Positions 52,560 through 61,108 of a stretch of 64,000 bases of DNA are shown here, one piece after another. The notes below the pieces were generated by a model that saw nothing but the letters and a program-made list of their open reading frames with translations, did no database searches and was not told the DNA's origin. The position numbers and the translations under genes were made by a program. The stretch lies in the IMG/VR virus record IMGVR_UViG_3300027255_000165. One strand, written 5' to 3'. Numbering within the stretch: position 1 is the stretch's first letter; each line of letters starts with the position of its first letter. Origin of the DNA: a virus. Lineage: Duplodnaviria > Caudoviricetes.

Positions 52560-52771
52560 TAACTTAAAAGTTTTTTTGCGGTTGAAAGTTCAGCCATCAA
52601 CGTATACATGTGCCATTCATGGTCATAGTTTTCGTCTTCTTTAACAAAAGATAATTCCATGTCAATATATTGTTGCATCACGGACTCTGCAACCGCCAAT
52701 TGAGTCATGTTTTCACATGACCGAATAGTGTTCAGGGCCTTTAAAAAATAGAGTTGTTGATTGACTGCCAT
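52559..52771 (-). CDS. hypothetical protein
   Basis: 70 aa directly after class I promoter. Confidence 0.7.
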   Translation of the reverse strand: MAVNQQLYFLKALNTIRSCENMTQLAVAESVMQQYIDMELSFVKEDENYDHEWHMYTLMAELSTAKKLLS

Positions 52772-52775
52772 GTAA

Positions 52776-52804
52776 TTTATATCGCAGTCGTGAGGAAAGT
52801 TTCA
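52776..52804 (-). promoter_or_regulatory. class I promoter TGAAAC-N17-TATAAA
   Basis: Exact motif. Confidence 0.7.
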
Positions 52805-52806
52805 GA

Positions 52807-53367
52807 TTAATTGTTAGCAATGCCAATAATTTGACGAACCTTGCTAAGCATATTTCCTTTTTCGATCATTTCTTGATCTGGAATGGGAACTGAGCCCTTT
52901 TCATAATCTCCACCGCCAACAGATTCTTCTTCTGGTTGATCAGGTGAAAATGCCTTTAATTGTTTTTCAACAATGAATTCCTCCATTGTCATTAAGAGTT
53001 TACGTCTCTTTTTCTTTTTCTTACGATACTCTTCCTTAGCATCGCCTTGGCCGGCAGGTACATCTCCTGAACCATCGGAGCCGGCATCGGGTAAAACAGG
53101 GTCTCCCATCCCACCCAACATACCTGGACCAAGATTCGATAAAGACGCTCCACCCAACGTGCTGAACATCGTATCTTCCTTAACCTCTGGAAGACCTTCA
53201 TGGCTTGTTTCTGCAAAATCTTTAAGTTGTTTAAGTGTCATACTGTCTACTAGATCTGACACCTTATTTCTGTAAGTCGCGTCAACGTCTGAAAGTTGCA
53301 TATCGCCCTTCTTGACGGCGTATGCAACTCCCATTAAACGTTGTTGTGATTTACTAGTGCTTGGCAT
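52807..53367 (-). CDS. DUF3008-like N-terminal domain protein
   Basis: MPSTSKSQQRLMG.A.A.KKG...M..KQLKDFAET...LPE pattern. Confidence 0.65.
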   Translation of the reverse strand: MPSTSKSQQRLMGVAYAVKKGDMQLSDVDATYRNKVSDLVDSMTLKQLKDFAETSHEGLPEVKEDTMFSTLGGASLSNLGPGMLGGMGDPVLPDAGSDGSGDVPAGQGDAKEEYRKKKKKRRKLLMTMEEFIVEKQLKAFSPDQPEEESVGGGDYEKGSVPIPDQEMIEKGNMLSKVRQIIGIANN

Positions 53368-53393
53368 TTTAATAGCTCTATATTGTTTAGAGA

Positions 53394-54086
53394 TTAGACT
53401 CTAACGCCAGCAACTTTTGCCAATTCTCTTAACTTAGCTTGAGCTTGTTGAAATTTAGAAAATACTTCGTCGTATGTCTTTTTACGAGCTGCAACTTCAT
53501 CGCAACCCTTTTTAAGATCTTTACAAGTCTCTTTTACACCTTGTAATGCTGATCCTGCTTTCATAAAAGCTTTTCTTGATGATTTATATTCACCTTTAGC
53601 AAAAGAATATAGCGCTAACATATCCGATGACATTTTATCCTCTAACTTATCGCATTTAGCAATCACCTTTTCTGCAACTGCATCTGCTTTCGTCTCCTCT
53701 GCTTCGTCTCTCTCTTTCAAAGATTTCATCAAATTTTTCTTATCTGATGGAACGTGTTGCAACATTGCAGACCATTTAGAAGATTGATAACTCAATTCTC
53801 CAATAATTTGAATTGTTTTTGCAACAACTGGTCTAACTTTCTCTTGATCTTTGTCTTTATCACCACCTTTAAGCTTTTCTAATTCAGCTTCTAGATCTAG
53901 TTTGTTACCGTCTAGATCATTTAGGCGAAGTTCAGCCTCATCTTCATCAAAGTCGCCATTGTCCATAGCGTCTTGAACATCTTCCATTTCTTTTTCGATG
54001 TCCTGCAATTCTGCTTGAATCTCTTTAATTCTCTTCTCGTTAGAAGCTTCGAAGATGAATTGTTCAAATAGTTTTACGTGTTTCAT
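53394..54086 (-). CDS. putative internal head protein (coiled coil)
   Basis: N-terminal MKHVKLFEQFIFE; TATAAATA upstream. Confidence 0.75.
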   Translation of the reverse strand: MKHVKLFEQFIFEASNEKRIKEIQAELQDIEKEMEDVQDAMDNGDFDEDEAELRLNDLDGNKLDLEAELEKLKGGDKDKDQEKVRPVVAKTIQIIGELSYQSSKWSAMLQHVPSDKKNLMKSLKERDEAEETKADAVAEKVIAKCDKLEDKMSSDMLALYSFAKGEYKSSRKAFMKAGSALQGVKETCKDLKKGCDEVAARKKTYDEVFSKFQQAQAKLRELAKVAGVRV

Positions 54087-54124
54087 TATTTATAGATATG
54101 TTTAATCTTTAGTTGGTTTAATGA

Positions 54125-55132
54125 TTACCAAGCGTAATCCATGTCATTTACTTTTTTAACCTTGTCTTTAATGCTCTTAGCGTAGGTAGAAGCTTCTCTT
54201 GTGTAGTATTTACTACCTTCAGGATTTTTAGCATCGTTAGTGTATCTAACATAACTTTGATACATGTCAAGTATATTAGAAATAACGTTAGCGGCATCTC
54301 TCATAGAGATTTCGCGACCTTTCTTGTCGGTGCCAATGATCATTGACTCGTATCTACCCGCAGTCTTATTCTTAAGAGCGCTTTGAATATGTCCAGTTAC
54401 AGTTTCAATTGCCTTTTCAACCATACCGTCAATATCATCGCTGGCTGCTCTAGTTGCAAGAATCATTTTGTATCTGTTCATGTTCTCCTGTTTGAATTCC
54501 TTATCTGTCATGAATGCTGTTGCGCCTGCTTTAGCAGCTGATCTGCTAGCTTTTTGATCTGCAGCGCTTGGAAGAATAGATGGATCAAACATTAGAACTC
54601 TATCTGAAACCTCAGAAATTCTCTTGATGTTTGATAGACCTGAAGCACCATAACCAGAATGTTGCTTGTCAATGCCTATAGATGAAGCTTCTTTACCGTA
54701 TTTACCGGCATTCTTTAGTTTTGGTTCGTAAGGAGCTGATCTATTCCATCCTCTAGTGTAATCCATTGCAAACATTTCATTTTTACCATTTGCAATGGCC
54801 AAAAGAGTGTTACCTGGAATAGTACCGTAACCGGTGTATTTAGATTGACTGTGATCAGCGTATGGGTTTCCTTTCTCATTATCGGAGATATAGAAAAAGA
54901 TAGCGTTAGGGTGAGCTTTGGTCTTATAAGCCTCAGCTGGGTGTAGTTCAACCACTTGATCGTCAGTAATTTCATCTAGCTTAACCTTAGTGAAATTATA
55001 AACTGCTTTCATTATGTCCTTCCTAGCCGAAGATAGGCCAAGAATAGAAGCCAACTTTGAAGACTTGAATGCTTCGTTAACCTCTAATGACTCATTAACA
55101 AAGCTTTCGAATGTTGTGTGAATCTTATTCAT
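54125..55132 (-). CDS. putative internal head protein
   Basis: N-terminal MNKIHTTFESFVNE. Confidence 0.75.
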   Translation of the reverse strand: MNKIHTTFESFVNESLEVNEAFKSSKLASILGLSSARKDIMKAVYNFTKVKLDEITDDQVVELHPAEAYKTKAHPNAIFFYISDNEKGNPYADHSQSKYTGYGTIPGNTLLAIANGKNEMFAMDYTRGWNRSAPYEPKLKNAGKYGKEASSIGIDKQHSGYGASGLSNIKRISEVSDRVLMFDPSILPSAADQKASRSAAKAGATAFMTDKEFKQENMNRYKMILATRAASDDIDGMVEKAIETVTGHIQSALKNKTAGRYESMIIGTDKKGREISMRDAANVISNILDMYQSYVRYTNDAKNPEGSKYYTREASTYAKSIKDKVKKVNDMDYAW

Positions 55133-56144
55133 TTTCGTTTACTGTTTTAATTTTAGATAGGATTCTCTGGCCGTACTTCGACAGTGAGATACCATCTTCT
55201 GAAACGTTGAAGTAGTGACGATTTGATTTCGCCCATCTTCTAGAAGCAGTAGAGAATTCCTTAATGATTGTTTCAAATTCTTCAGTCGTTACTTTACCGT
55301 CTGCAATTGCTTCGATGATCTTGTCTCTGACTGGACCAAACTTAGATACTGTGATCTGTGGATAGTTGTCAGTGTAACGTCTTTTTAGAGTGATTTTACC
55401 TTCGGTGATTTGTTCACCTTCTAGGATTACGATAGATGTAAGGCCACCCTTTGTGAATGAATCAACGTCCATTTTGAACTCGTGACCCATGATTTCGCTA
55501 AACATCTTAATCATGCCATAACCTTCAAGGGAAGATGGAGACATGTACGATGACATGTTCATTTGGAAACCACCTTTAACTTTAGAGATTCTTTTCAGAG
55601 CTTTATCAAAGCCAACCTCACTGAACACTTGTTGCATCGCATATCTGATGTCTTCCATGTTGTAACCTTTAGCTTCGTCAATTTCGCCTTCAATCTCAAC
55701 TTCGTTTTCTAGAGATTCTGGTACGCCCATTGCAAATTTGCTTAGATCTGGTTCGTAGTCCATACCAAAGCCGTATCTTACGTAATTAGCGCCTTGAGTA
55801 TCAACGAAAACACATTGACCGTAGTAGTCCTTAAGTTCACCTTGTTCGTGATTCAACCAAAGAATAAAGATCGTTTCAGTAGGTGTGTTTGCAAAATTAG
55901 CATAGATTCCTTTTGGTGCCATTTTACCCCAAACATCCTTAGATGTATAAACTGGAATGTGGGTTAGGTCTAGTTCTTTTTGCTGTGCGTCTTTCAGCTG
56001 AACAGCGTTTGAACCAAAAAGATCAGATGTGTAAGCTGGCTTTCTCTCAATGTTTCTACCACCATAAGTTTTGAACAGGGTATAAGCCTGATCTTCGTTG
56101 TAGAATTCATTTAAGAATGTTCCAAATGACTCAAATACTCTCAT
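55125..56144 (-). CDS. putative multi-module internal head protein
   Basis: N-terminal MRVFESFGTFLNE; modules separated by IDE/ITE; late promoter at 56177. Confidence 0.75.
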   Translation of the reverse strand: MRVFESFGTFLNEFYNEDQAYTLFKTYGGRNIERKPAYTSDLFGSNAVQLKDAQQKELDLTHIPVYTSKDVWGKMAPKGIYANFANTPTETIFILWLNHEQGELKDYYGQCVFVDTQGANYVRYGFGMDYEPDLSKFAMGVPESLENEVEIEGEIDEAKGYNMEDIRYAMQQVFSEVGFDKALKRISKVKGGFQMNMSSYMSPSSLEGYGMIKMFSEIMGHEFKMDVDSFTKGGLTSIVILEGEQITEGKITLKRRYTDNYPQITVSKFGPVRDKIIEAIADGKVTTEEFETIIKEFSTASRRWAKSNRHYFNVSEDGISLSKYGQRILSKIKTVNENE

Positions 56145-56182
56145 TTTTAAGTGTTGTCTTTTTTAATATCTTATTTTATATA

Positions 56183-57334
56183 TTACGCATCTTCTCTTAC
56201 TCTTAGTAGGGCTCCTGACATACCAAAGATGGCTTCTTTACCAGCTCCGTATTGTGATGCAATATCGGTTCCTTGAACCTTCTTCAACCCTGAAGTAATG
56301 TTCATTGCCTCTTTTCTAAAGACAACGAATTTCATTTTAGCGTATTTCTTTTCAACATTTGCAAGACCATCATTGATGTCTTTAACTAGCGATTCAACGC
56401 CTGCTCTAACATATTCGTTCTTTGCAAGCATTCTGTATAGTGCTTCTTCGTTTGAAACGTCAGCCATATTAACTTGCTTAATGATCTTAAATTTACCTGC
56501 TTTAATATCTGCTTCCTTTGCGGGTTCGATAATAAAAGACATGTTTGGATTACCGGGTGAAGTTGATTTCACCTCAATGATATCGTATCCTGTAGACCTA
56601 TTCGCTAATTGCTCTTTTGCAATCTTAATGAAATCAATCACAGAGCTAATAAGTTCTTTTGATACTTCACCTCTAGAAAAATCAGAAGCTGCTGATTTAC
56701 CTTCACCTCTTGAATTTACGGTCGCAGCTGCATTGAAGATTTCAGGGTGCATATCTTTTAGACCTGGAATTGCAACAATCTCTTCTGTGATTTCGGCAAC
56801 GTGTCTCATTTTTCTCAACCATACGAATTGAGAAGCTGCACCTGCATTACCCAATCTGAATGGAGAATGAGAGTCAGCGTATGACTTAACTTCGTATTGT
56901 CCTTTTTCATTGTGTGTTACGTCAAAGGATTCTCCGCCGCCTGAGATTCTAACACCATCAACCACCCAAGCCAACCACAATTCACCAGGACCAATACCCT
57001 TTGATTGCGTATTGAATAGACCATTTGAGAACGAAGATGAATTAACTTCTTTAAGATAGTTAGGCTGTAGGGCCTCAAGGCTCGAATACTTTCCAAGTCC
57101 TTCAACGAAGATTGCAAGATCCTTACCTGACAGGGAATTAAGTGTCTTAATCATGTCGGCAAAAGGTGAACCTCCTGTCCTTTGTAGGTTTTGAAGGTAC
57201 TTATCAAATTGTGCCTTCTTAGAAGAAACCGCTTTAGTAAGAGCAGGGTTCTTAATTCCGTATGCTGTGTATTCTTCAGTCTCGTTGATCAGCTGAAGTT
57301 CTCTTGCAAAATTAGATCTAATTAAATTACTCAT
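56183..57334 (-). CDS. PD-(D/E)XK nuclease-like protein
   Basis: GIGPGE...FDV...YEVK motif; ATG at 57334 overlaps upstream stop. Confidence 0.55.
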   Translation of the reverse strand: MSNLIRSNFARELQLINETEEYTAYGIKNPALTKAVSSKKAQFDKYLQNLQRTGGSPFADMIKTLNSLSGKDLAIFVEGLGKYSSLEALQPNYLKEVNSSSFSNGLFNTQSKGIGPGELWLAWVVDGVRISGGGESFDVTHNEKGQYEVKSYADSHSPFRLGNAGAASQFVWLRKMRHVAEITEEIVAIPGLKDMHPEIFNAAATVNSRGEGKSAASDFSRGEVSKELISSVIDFIKIAKEQLANRSTGYDIIEVKSTSPGNPNMSFIIEPAKEADIKAGKFKIIKQVNMADVSNEEALYRMLAKNEYVRAGVESLVKDINDGLANVEKKYAKMKFVVFRKEAMNITSGLKKVQGTDIASQYGAGKEAIFGMSGALLRVREDA

Positions 57335-59192
57335 TGCTAAACTTGTTGATGAACTGTTCAAAGGTCATCAATTCTTCATTTACTTTTGACTCCGCAGCTG
57401 TCATAGCTTTTAAAAGCTCAGACTGTAGAACTGGGTACATTCCGTGAAGTGACTTTGGTGTCATTCTTTGAAACTCTGTCTTATTATCGGACATCATTGC
57501 GTTTCTAACCGCAGTTGCTGAGATGTCATCATCTGTTCTGTGAATTTCATGCATACCAAACTCAGGTAGAACGTTCAATTGTTCTCTGTACGTTTCTTTG
57601 TATGCCTGTGAAGAGTAAGCTGCCATTCTATCTGTACCTGTACCCCATAAGACTGGTTCGTACTTAGGTCTTAACTCATTGAATAGGGCGTCAATTGCAG
57701 CGAATGGAACAACAATAATATCTTTTAGGAACTTGTATTCCCTTTGAACTGCCTTAAACATTTTCATTTGCATTGCCTCGTCATAAGGTCTTTTGAATGC
57801 ATCTTCCTTTTTAGCCGTCTTTGACTTAACTAGGAATACTACAACTGGTAGGCCGTTCTGATCATGTAGAGACTGAAGAACTTTAGCGTGACCTAGAGTA
57901 AAAGGTTGGAATCTGCCAACAAACATATTTACTTTTTGTTTACCATGTTCTAGGGTCTTAACCTTTAGGGCTTCATTAACTTCTCCTTCTGGAGCATCTT
58001 CCTGAATTGAAGACCACTTCTTAAATGATGTAAAGTCCATTACGTCGTTCTCTTCTAATTTTGCGTCAATCTGCTCGTAAATCTTATCGATGATCTCGTT
58101 TAGCTGTGCAACCATGTCCTCGGTTAGAATATCACTTGCCTTCTCTCTTTTATTTCTAAAAGAAGATAAAACAATTTTGAAAAGCTCAGATAGGATTGGG
58201 TTGTTGACGTATTTTAAGGTTTGTTCGTTTTTCAAAAACGCGGTGTTTAGATTAAAGGCTTCATTCTTTGCGAAATCAGCTGTCTCAAACTTAACACCAA
58301 TATATTTTGCGGCATTAGCCTTAATGTAATCGTTAAATGATTCAGACATGATTTCTATAAATCTTCTGTCTTTCTTTTCTTCAACTAGTTTGTATTGTGA
58401 AAAATCATGGTTTGTGAAGTATTCAATAACGTCTACCATTGTGATTTGATAAACATCAGAAGACTTTCTTTCTGTTTCTTCATTCTTTCTTCTATAATCT
58501 TCTAGCTTGAAAGACTTCATTGATTTGCCATCAACAAACGAAACAACTAAACCATCAATTTCTTCATTAACTGATTCATTCAGCGCAGTTCTAGACATGC
58601 CTGAATTAAAAATGTTATAGATGTCTCTGGTGAATGAACGATTTTCGTATACTTTTTCAAATTCATTATCGTTCATTTCTAGAATTTTGATCAATTGCTC
58701 CTTCTGGAACATCGTCAGCATGCCTTCGAAGATCACAGGTGGCTTTTGAACATCAAGTTTCTTTGCCCACTTGTTTAGGACCTCAGTGTCTCTAATCACC
58801 TTAGAAACCCTGCCTGATTCGTTAAGAACCTGGATATGCGTTAGAATTAAATTATTCTTAGGAAGAAGAGCGTACTTAAAATTTGGAGTTTCATTTTCAA
58901 TCAGATAATCAAAACCAAACTTCCAATCCTTCGGCATGTCGCTCTTCATTTCATCACCTAAACCTTGAAAGTGACGAATAGCATTTTCATAAAATCTAAC
59001 GATAGTACGATCTACAATATCCATAGCTCTTTCAGAACCTGATTTGTAGTACTTGTTGGTTAGATCATCTCTTCTGACGTGAAATGATGAAGCAGCGATC
59101 TTCTCAACAGCGTGAACCTTTTGGGTTAACATTGCCATGAAGTTTTCGCGATTCGTATCGTTGAAGTGATCTCTAAGTTTAGGTAGTGCCAT
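57327..59192 (-). CDS. degenerate ligase-like domain fused to HIGH-family nucleotidyltransferase (NMNAT/cytidylyltransferase-like)
   Basis: N-terminal EKI..., IDGLVV, FKL; C-terminal GRFQPFTLGH and ISATAVR. Confidence 0.75.
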   Translation of the reverse strand: MALPKLRDHFNDTNRENFMAMLTQKVHAVEKIAASSFHVRRDDLTNKYYKSGSERAMDIVDRTIVRFYENAIRHFQGLGDEMKSDMPKDWKFGFDYLIENETPNFKYALLPKNNLILTHIQVLNESGRVSKVIRDTEVLNKWAKKLDVQKPPVIFEGMLTMFQKEQLIKILEMNDNEFEKVYENRSFTRDIYNIFNSGMSRTALNESVNEEIDGLVVSFVDGKSMKSFKLEDYRRKNEETERKSSDVYQITMVDVIEYFTNHDFSQYKLVEEKKDRRFIEIMSESFNDYIKANAAKYIGVKFETADFAKNEAFNLNTAFLKNEQTLKYVNNPILSELFKIVLSSFRNKREKASDILTEDMVAQLNEIIDKIYEQIDAKLEENDVMDFTSFKKWSSIQEDAPEGEVNEALKVKTLEHGKQKVNMFVGRFQPFTLGHAKVLQSLHDQNGLPVVVFLVKSKTAKKEDAFKRPYDEAMQMKMFKAVQREYKFLKDIIVVPFAAIDALFNELRPKYEPVLWGTGTDRMAAYSSQAYKETYREQLNVLPEFGMHEIHRTDDDISATAVRNAMMSDNKTEFQRMTPKSLHGMYPVLQSELLKAMTAAESKVNEELMTFEQFINKFSNE

Positions 59193-59194
59193 TT

Positions 59195-60484
59195 TTATCT
59201 TCCGTATTTAATAATACCCATTAGCTGGTTGATTGCAGCAAAGGTGCCAGTTAGCTTATATATTTTACCCTTATACTTGAACACTAGACCTTCAGAAGGA
59301 ATGATTGAATCAATTCCACCAATTCTTGAAAGTCTGTCAAGTTCAGCTTCAACCTTTTGAATTTGCTTAACGTCTCCGCCTTTCTTAATCTTACCCGCCT
59401 CTGTTCTAATCTGATTGTGAAGTCTTTGCATTTCCTGATCAGGTGAAGCAGCCAAGAAGTTTGAAGCATTCTTTAGAACCTCAGAACCAAACTCTAGGAA
59501 AAGATCTTCAAATGGTCTAATGTTTTCTTTGTATTTCTTACCAGCATCCATCTTATCGTATTGCTTGATCTTATCCATACCTGCAGCGTCAACGAGTTTG
59601 GCCATGGCTCTAAAGTCCATGCCTTGTTTGTTGTTATAGGCCCATCTCTGAAGAAGACCTTCTTTTACGTCTTGTGTAAGGTTAGGGAATGAAGCATCGA
59701 TCTCTTCTCTCCACCACATTTCATGATAACGTGAAACCTCGTCTGAATCAGAAAGCTTGTAACGATTCTTAAGGTCTTCAATCTTCTTCATGAAATAAGG
59801 TAGCTTGGCAGAAAAGTCTTGGTGCTTTCTCAGAACAAGAACCTGTGGAGGAATGATCGTGAATGTTTTACCAATGTGAGCATTAACGTCTTGTAGAATC
59901 TTTGTAAGCTCTTTAGCTGCTCCAGGACCAGACTCACCAGTAATGTTTCCGTTACCGTCAGTGTATTTAATTCCGTGGAACTGAATTACATCTTTATCGT
60001 AATTGATGACATTAGAGTTACCCGAAAAGATTAACTCCATATTCATGAAGTTCTTACCGCCGTCAAAGTATTTTTCTTGTGAATCTGACTTCAATTTGCC
60101 TAGGGCTGAAGCTAAATCATTAGCTGCCATAGTAAATGTCTTACGAACTCCCTCTGAAGGGTGATCAGCAAACATTGAAGTAACTCCACTAAGGTCCAAT
60201 GGGTTTTTCAACTGACCTGCATTTCTTGCAAACATTGTAACGCCATCTTTAACTGTTGCAAAGATGTTTTGACCATCTGTTTTTTCAGTTGGATCTTCTT
60301 CGAAGTTCAATTCTCCCTTTAGACCTGCTTCAATCATGGCTTTAAAGTCGCCAAACGTTAGATCTTTGTCATCAAACGGATGTGACATGTGACCAGCAGC
60401 ACCACCCTCTAAAACGAGGTCAGAGCCGGCCAAGCTTTGACCTGCTCTTTCAACGATGAATTGGTTATAAGTTAATAATTTCAT
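59195..60484 (-). CDS. RNA-ligase-superfamily covalent nucleotidyltransferase with capsid-targeting signal
   Basis: Motif I EKTDG, III MEL, IIIa QFH, IV SEGLVF, V YKL; no OB domain; N-terminal MKLLTYNQFIVE. Confidence 0.7.
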   Translation of the reverse strand: MKLLTYNQFIVERAGQSLAGSDLVLEGGAAGHMSHPFDDKDLTFGDFKAMIEAGLKGELNFEEDPTEKTDGQNIFATVKDGVTMFARNAGQLKNPLDLSGVTSMFADHPSEGVRKTFTMAANDLASALGKLKSDSQEKYFDGGKNFMNMELIFSGNSNVINYDKDVIQFHGIKYTDGNGNITGESGPGAAKELTKILQDVNAHIGKTFTIIPPQVLVLRKHQDFSAKLPYFMKKIEDLKNRYKLSDSDEVSRYHEMWWREEIDASFPNLTQDVKEGLLQRWAYNNKQGMDFRAMAKLVDAAGMDKIKQYDKMDAGKKYKENIRPFEDLFLEFGSEVLKNASNFLAASPDQEMQRLHNQIRTEAGKIKKGGDVKQIQKVEAELDRLSRIGGIDSIIPSEGLVFKYKGKIYKLTGTFAAINQLMGIIKYGR

Positions 60485-60756
60485 TAGATTTTATCTTGAA
60501 ATACTATTTTACCGGTAGCATCTTCAAGTGTGAAATGATAACCGGACGTTGGGTAACGCTTTTTAAGAGTTGTCCAGTTCGCTGGAACGGCGTCGGGAAT
60601 GTTAATTACTTCCTGATGAATGACTGCTCCAACCTGGGCGCCTTTAGCGTGAACTACTAGTGTCACTGGGAAGGCAGCATCTTTCAATGATTTCTTAATC
60701 TTTGAGAAAGATACTTCTTCATTAACAAATGCTTCGTACAATTTTACGCGTTTCAT
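60484..60756 (-). CDS. putative internal head protein
   Basis: MKRVKLYEAFVNE; ATGA coupling. Confidence 0.75.
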   Translation of the reverse strand: MKRVKLYEAFVNEEVSFSKIKKSLKDAAFPVTLVVHAKGAQVGAVIHQEVINIPDAVPANWTTLKKRYPTSGYHFTLEDATGKIVFQDKI

Positions 60757-61055
60757 AGTGACCATGGGTGATTTTTAGCAACAAACTTTTTACCGTGAAT
60801 AAGGCCTAGAACATCTCTGTCCTTTTCACTGTGTTGTAATTTGAATGTATCGTGATCATATTTCCAATGAGCCTCTTTAGAACCTTTACGAAAACCGTAT
60901 GTCATATCCTGCTTCTTGTCATAAGATACCATGTTATCAGGGTGAAGCTCCTTGTATGATTCAACAAATTTGTTGTACTCATAAGGAGTCATCTGATTAT
61001 AGGTCATGAAAATACCTTCAGAGATGAACTGTTCATATAGTTTAACGTGTTTCAT
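60753..61055 (-). CDS. putative internal head protein
   Basis: MKHVKLYEQFISE. Confidence 0.75.
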   Translation of the reverse strand: MKHVKLYEQFISEGIFMTYNQMTPYEYNKFVESYKELHPDNMVSYDKKQDMTYGFRKGSKEAHWKYDHDTFKLQHSEKDRDVLGLIHGKKFVAKNHPWSL

Positions 61056-61061
61056 AGGGCT

Positions 61062-61099
61062 AATATAACCAAAAAAACCGACCCGGAAAAATCCGGGTC
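61062..61099 (-). promoter_or_regulatory. class II promoter fused to terminator hairpin
   Basis: GACCCGGA/TCCGGGTC hairpin plus T7; CGGGTC-N10-GTTATATT; ATG 6 nt downstream. Confidence 0.7.
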
Positions 61100-61108
61100 A
61101 GATTATTT

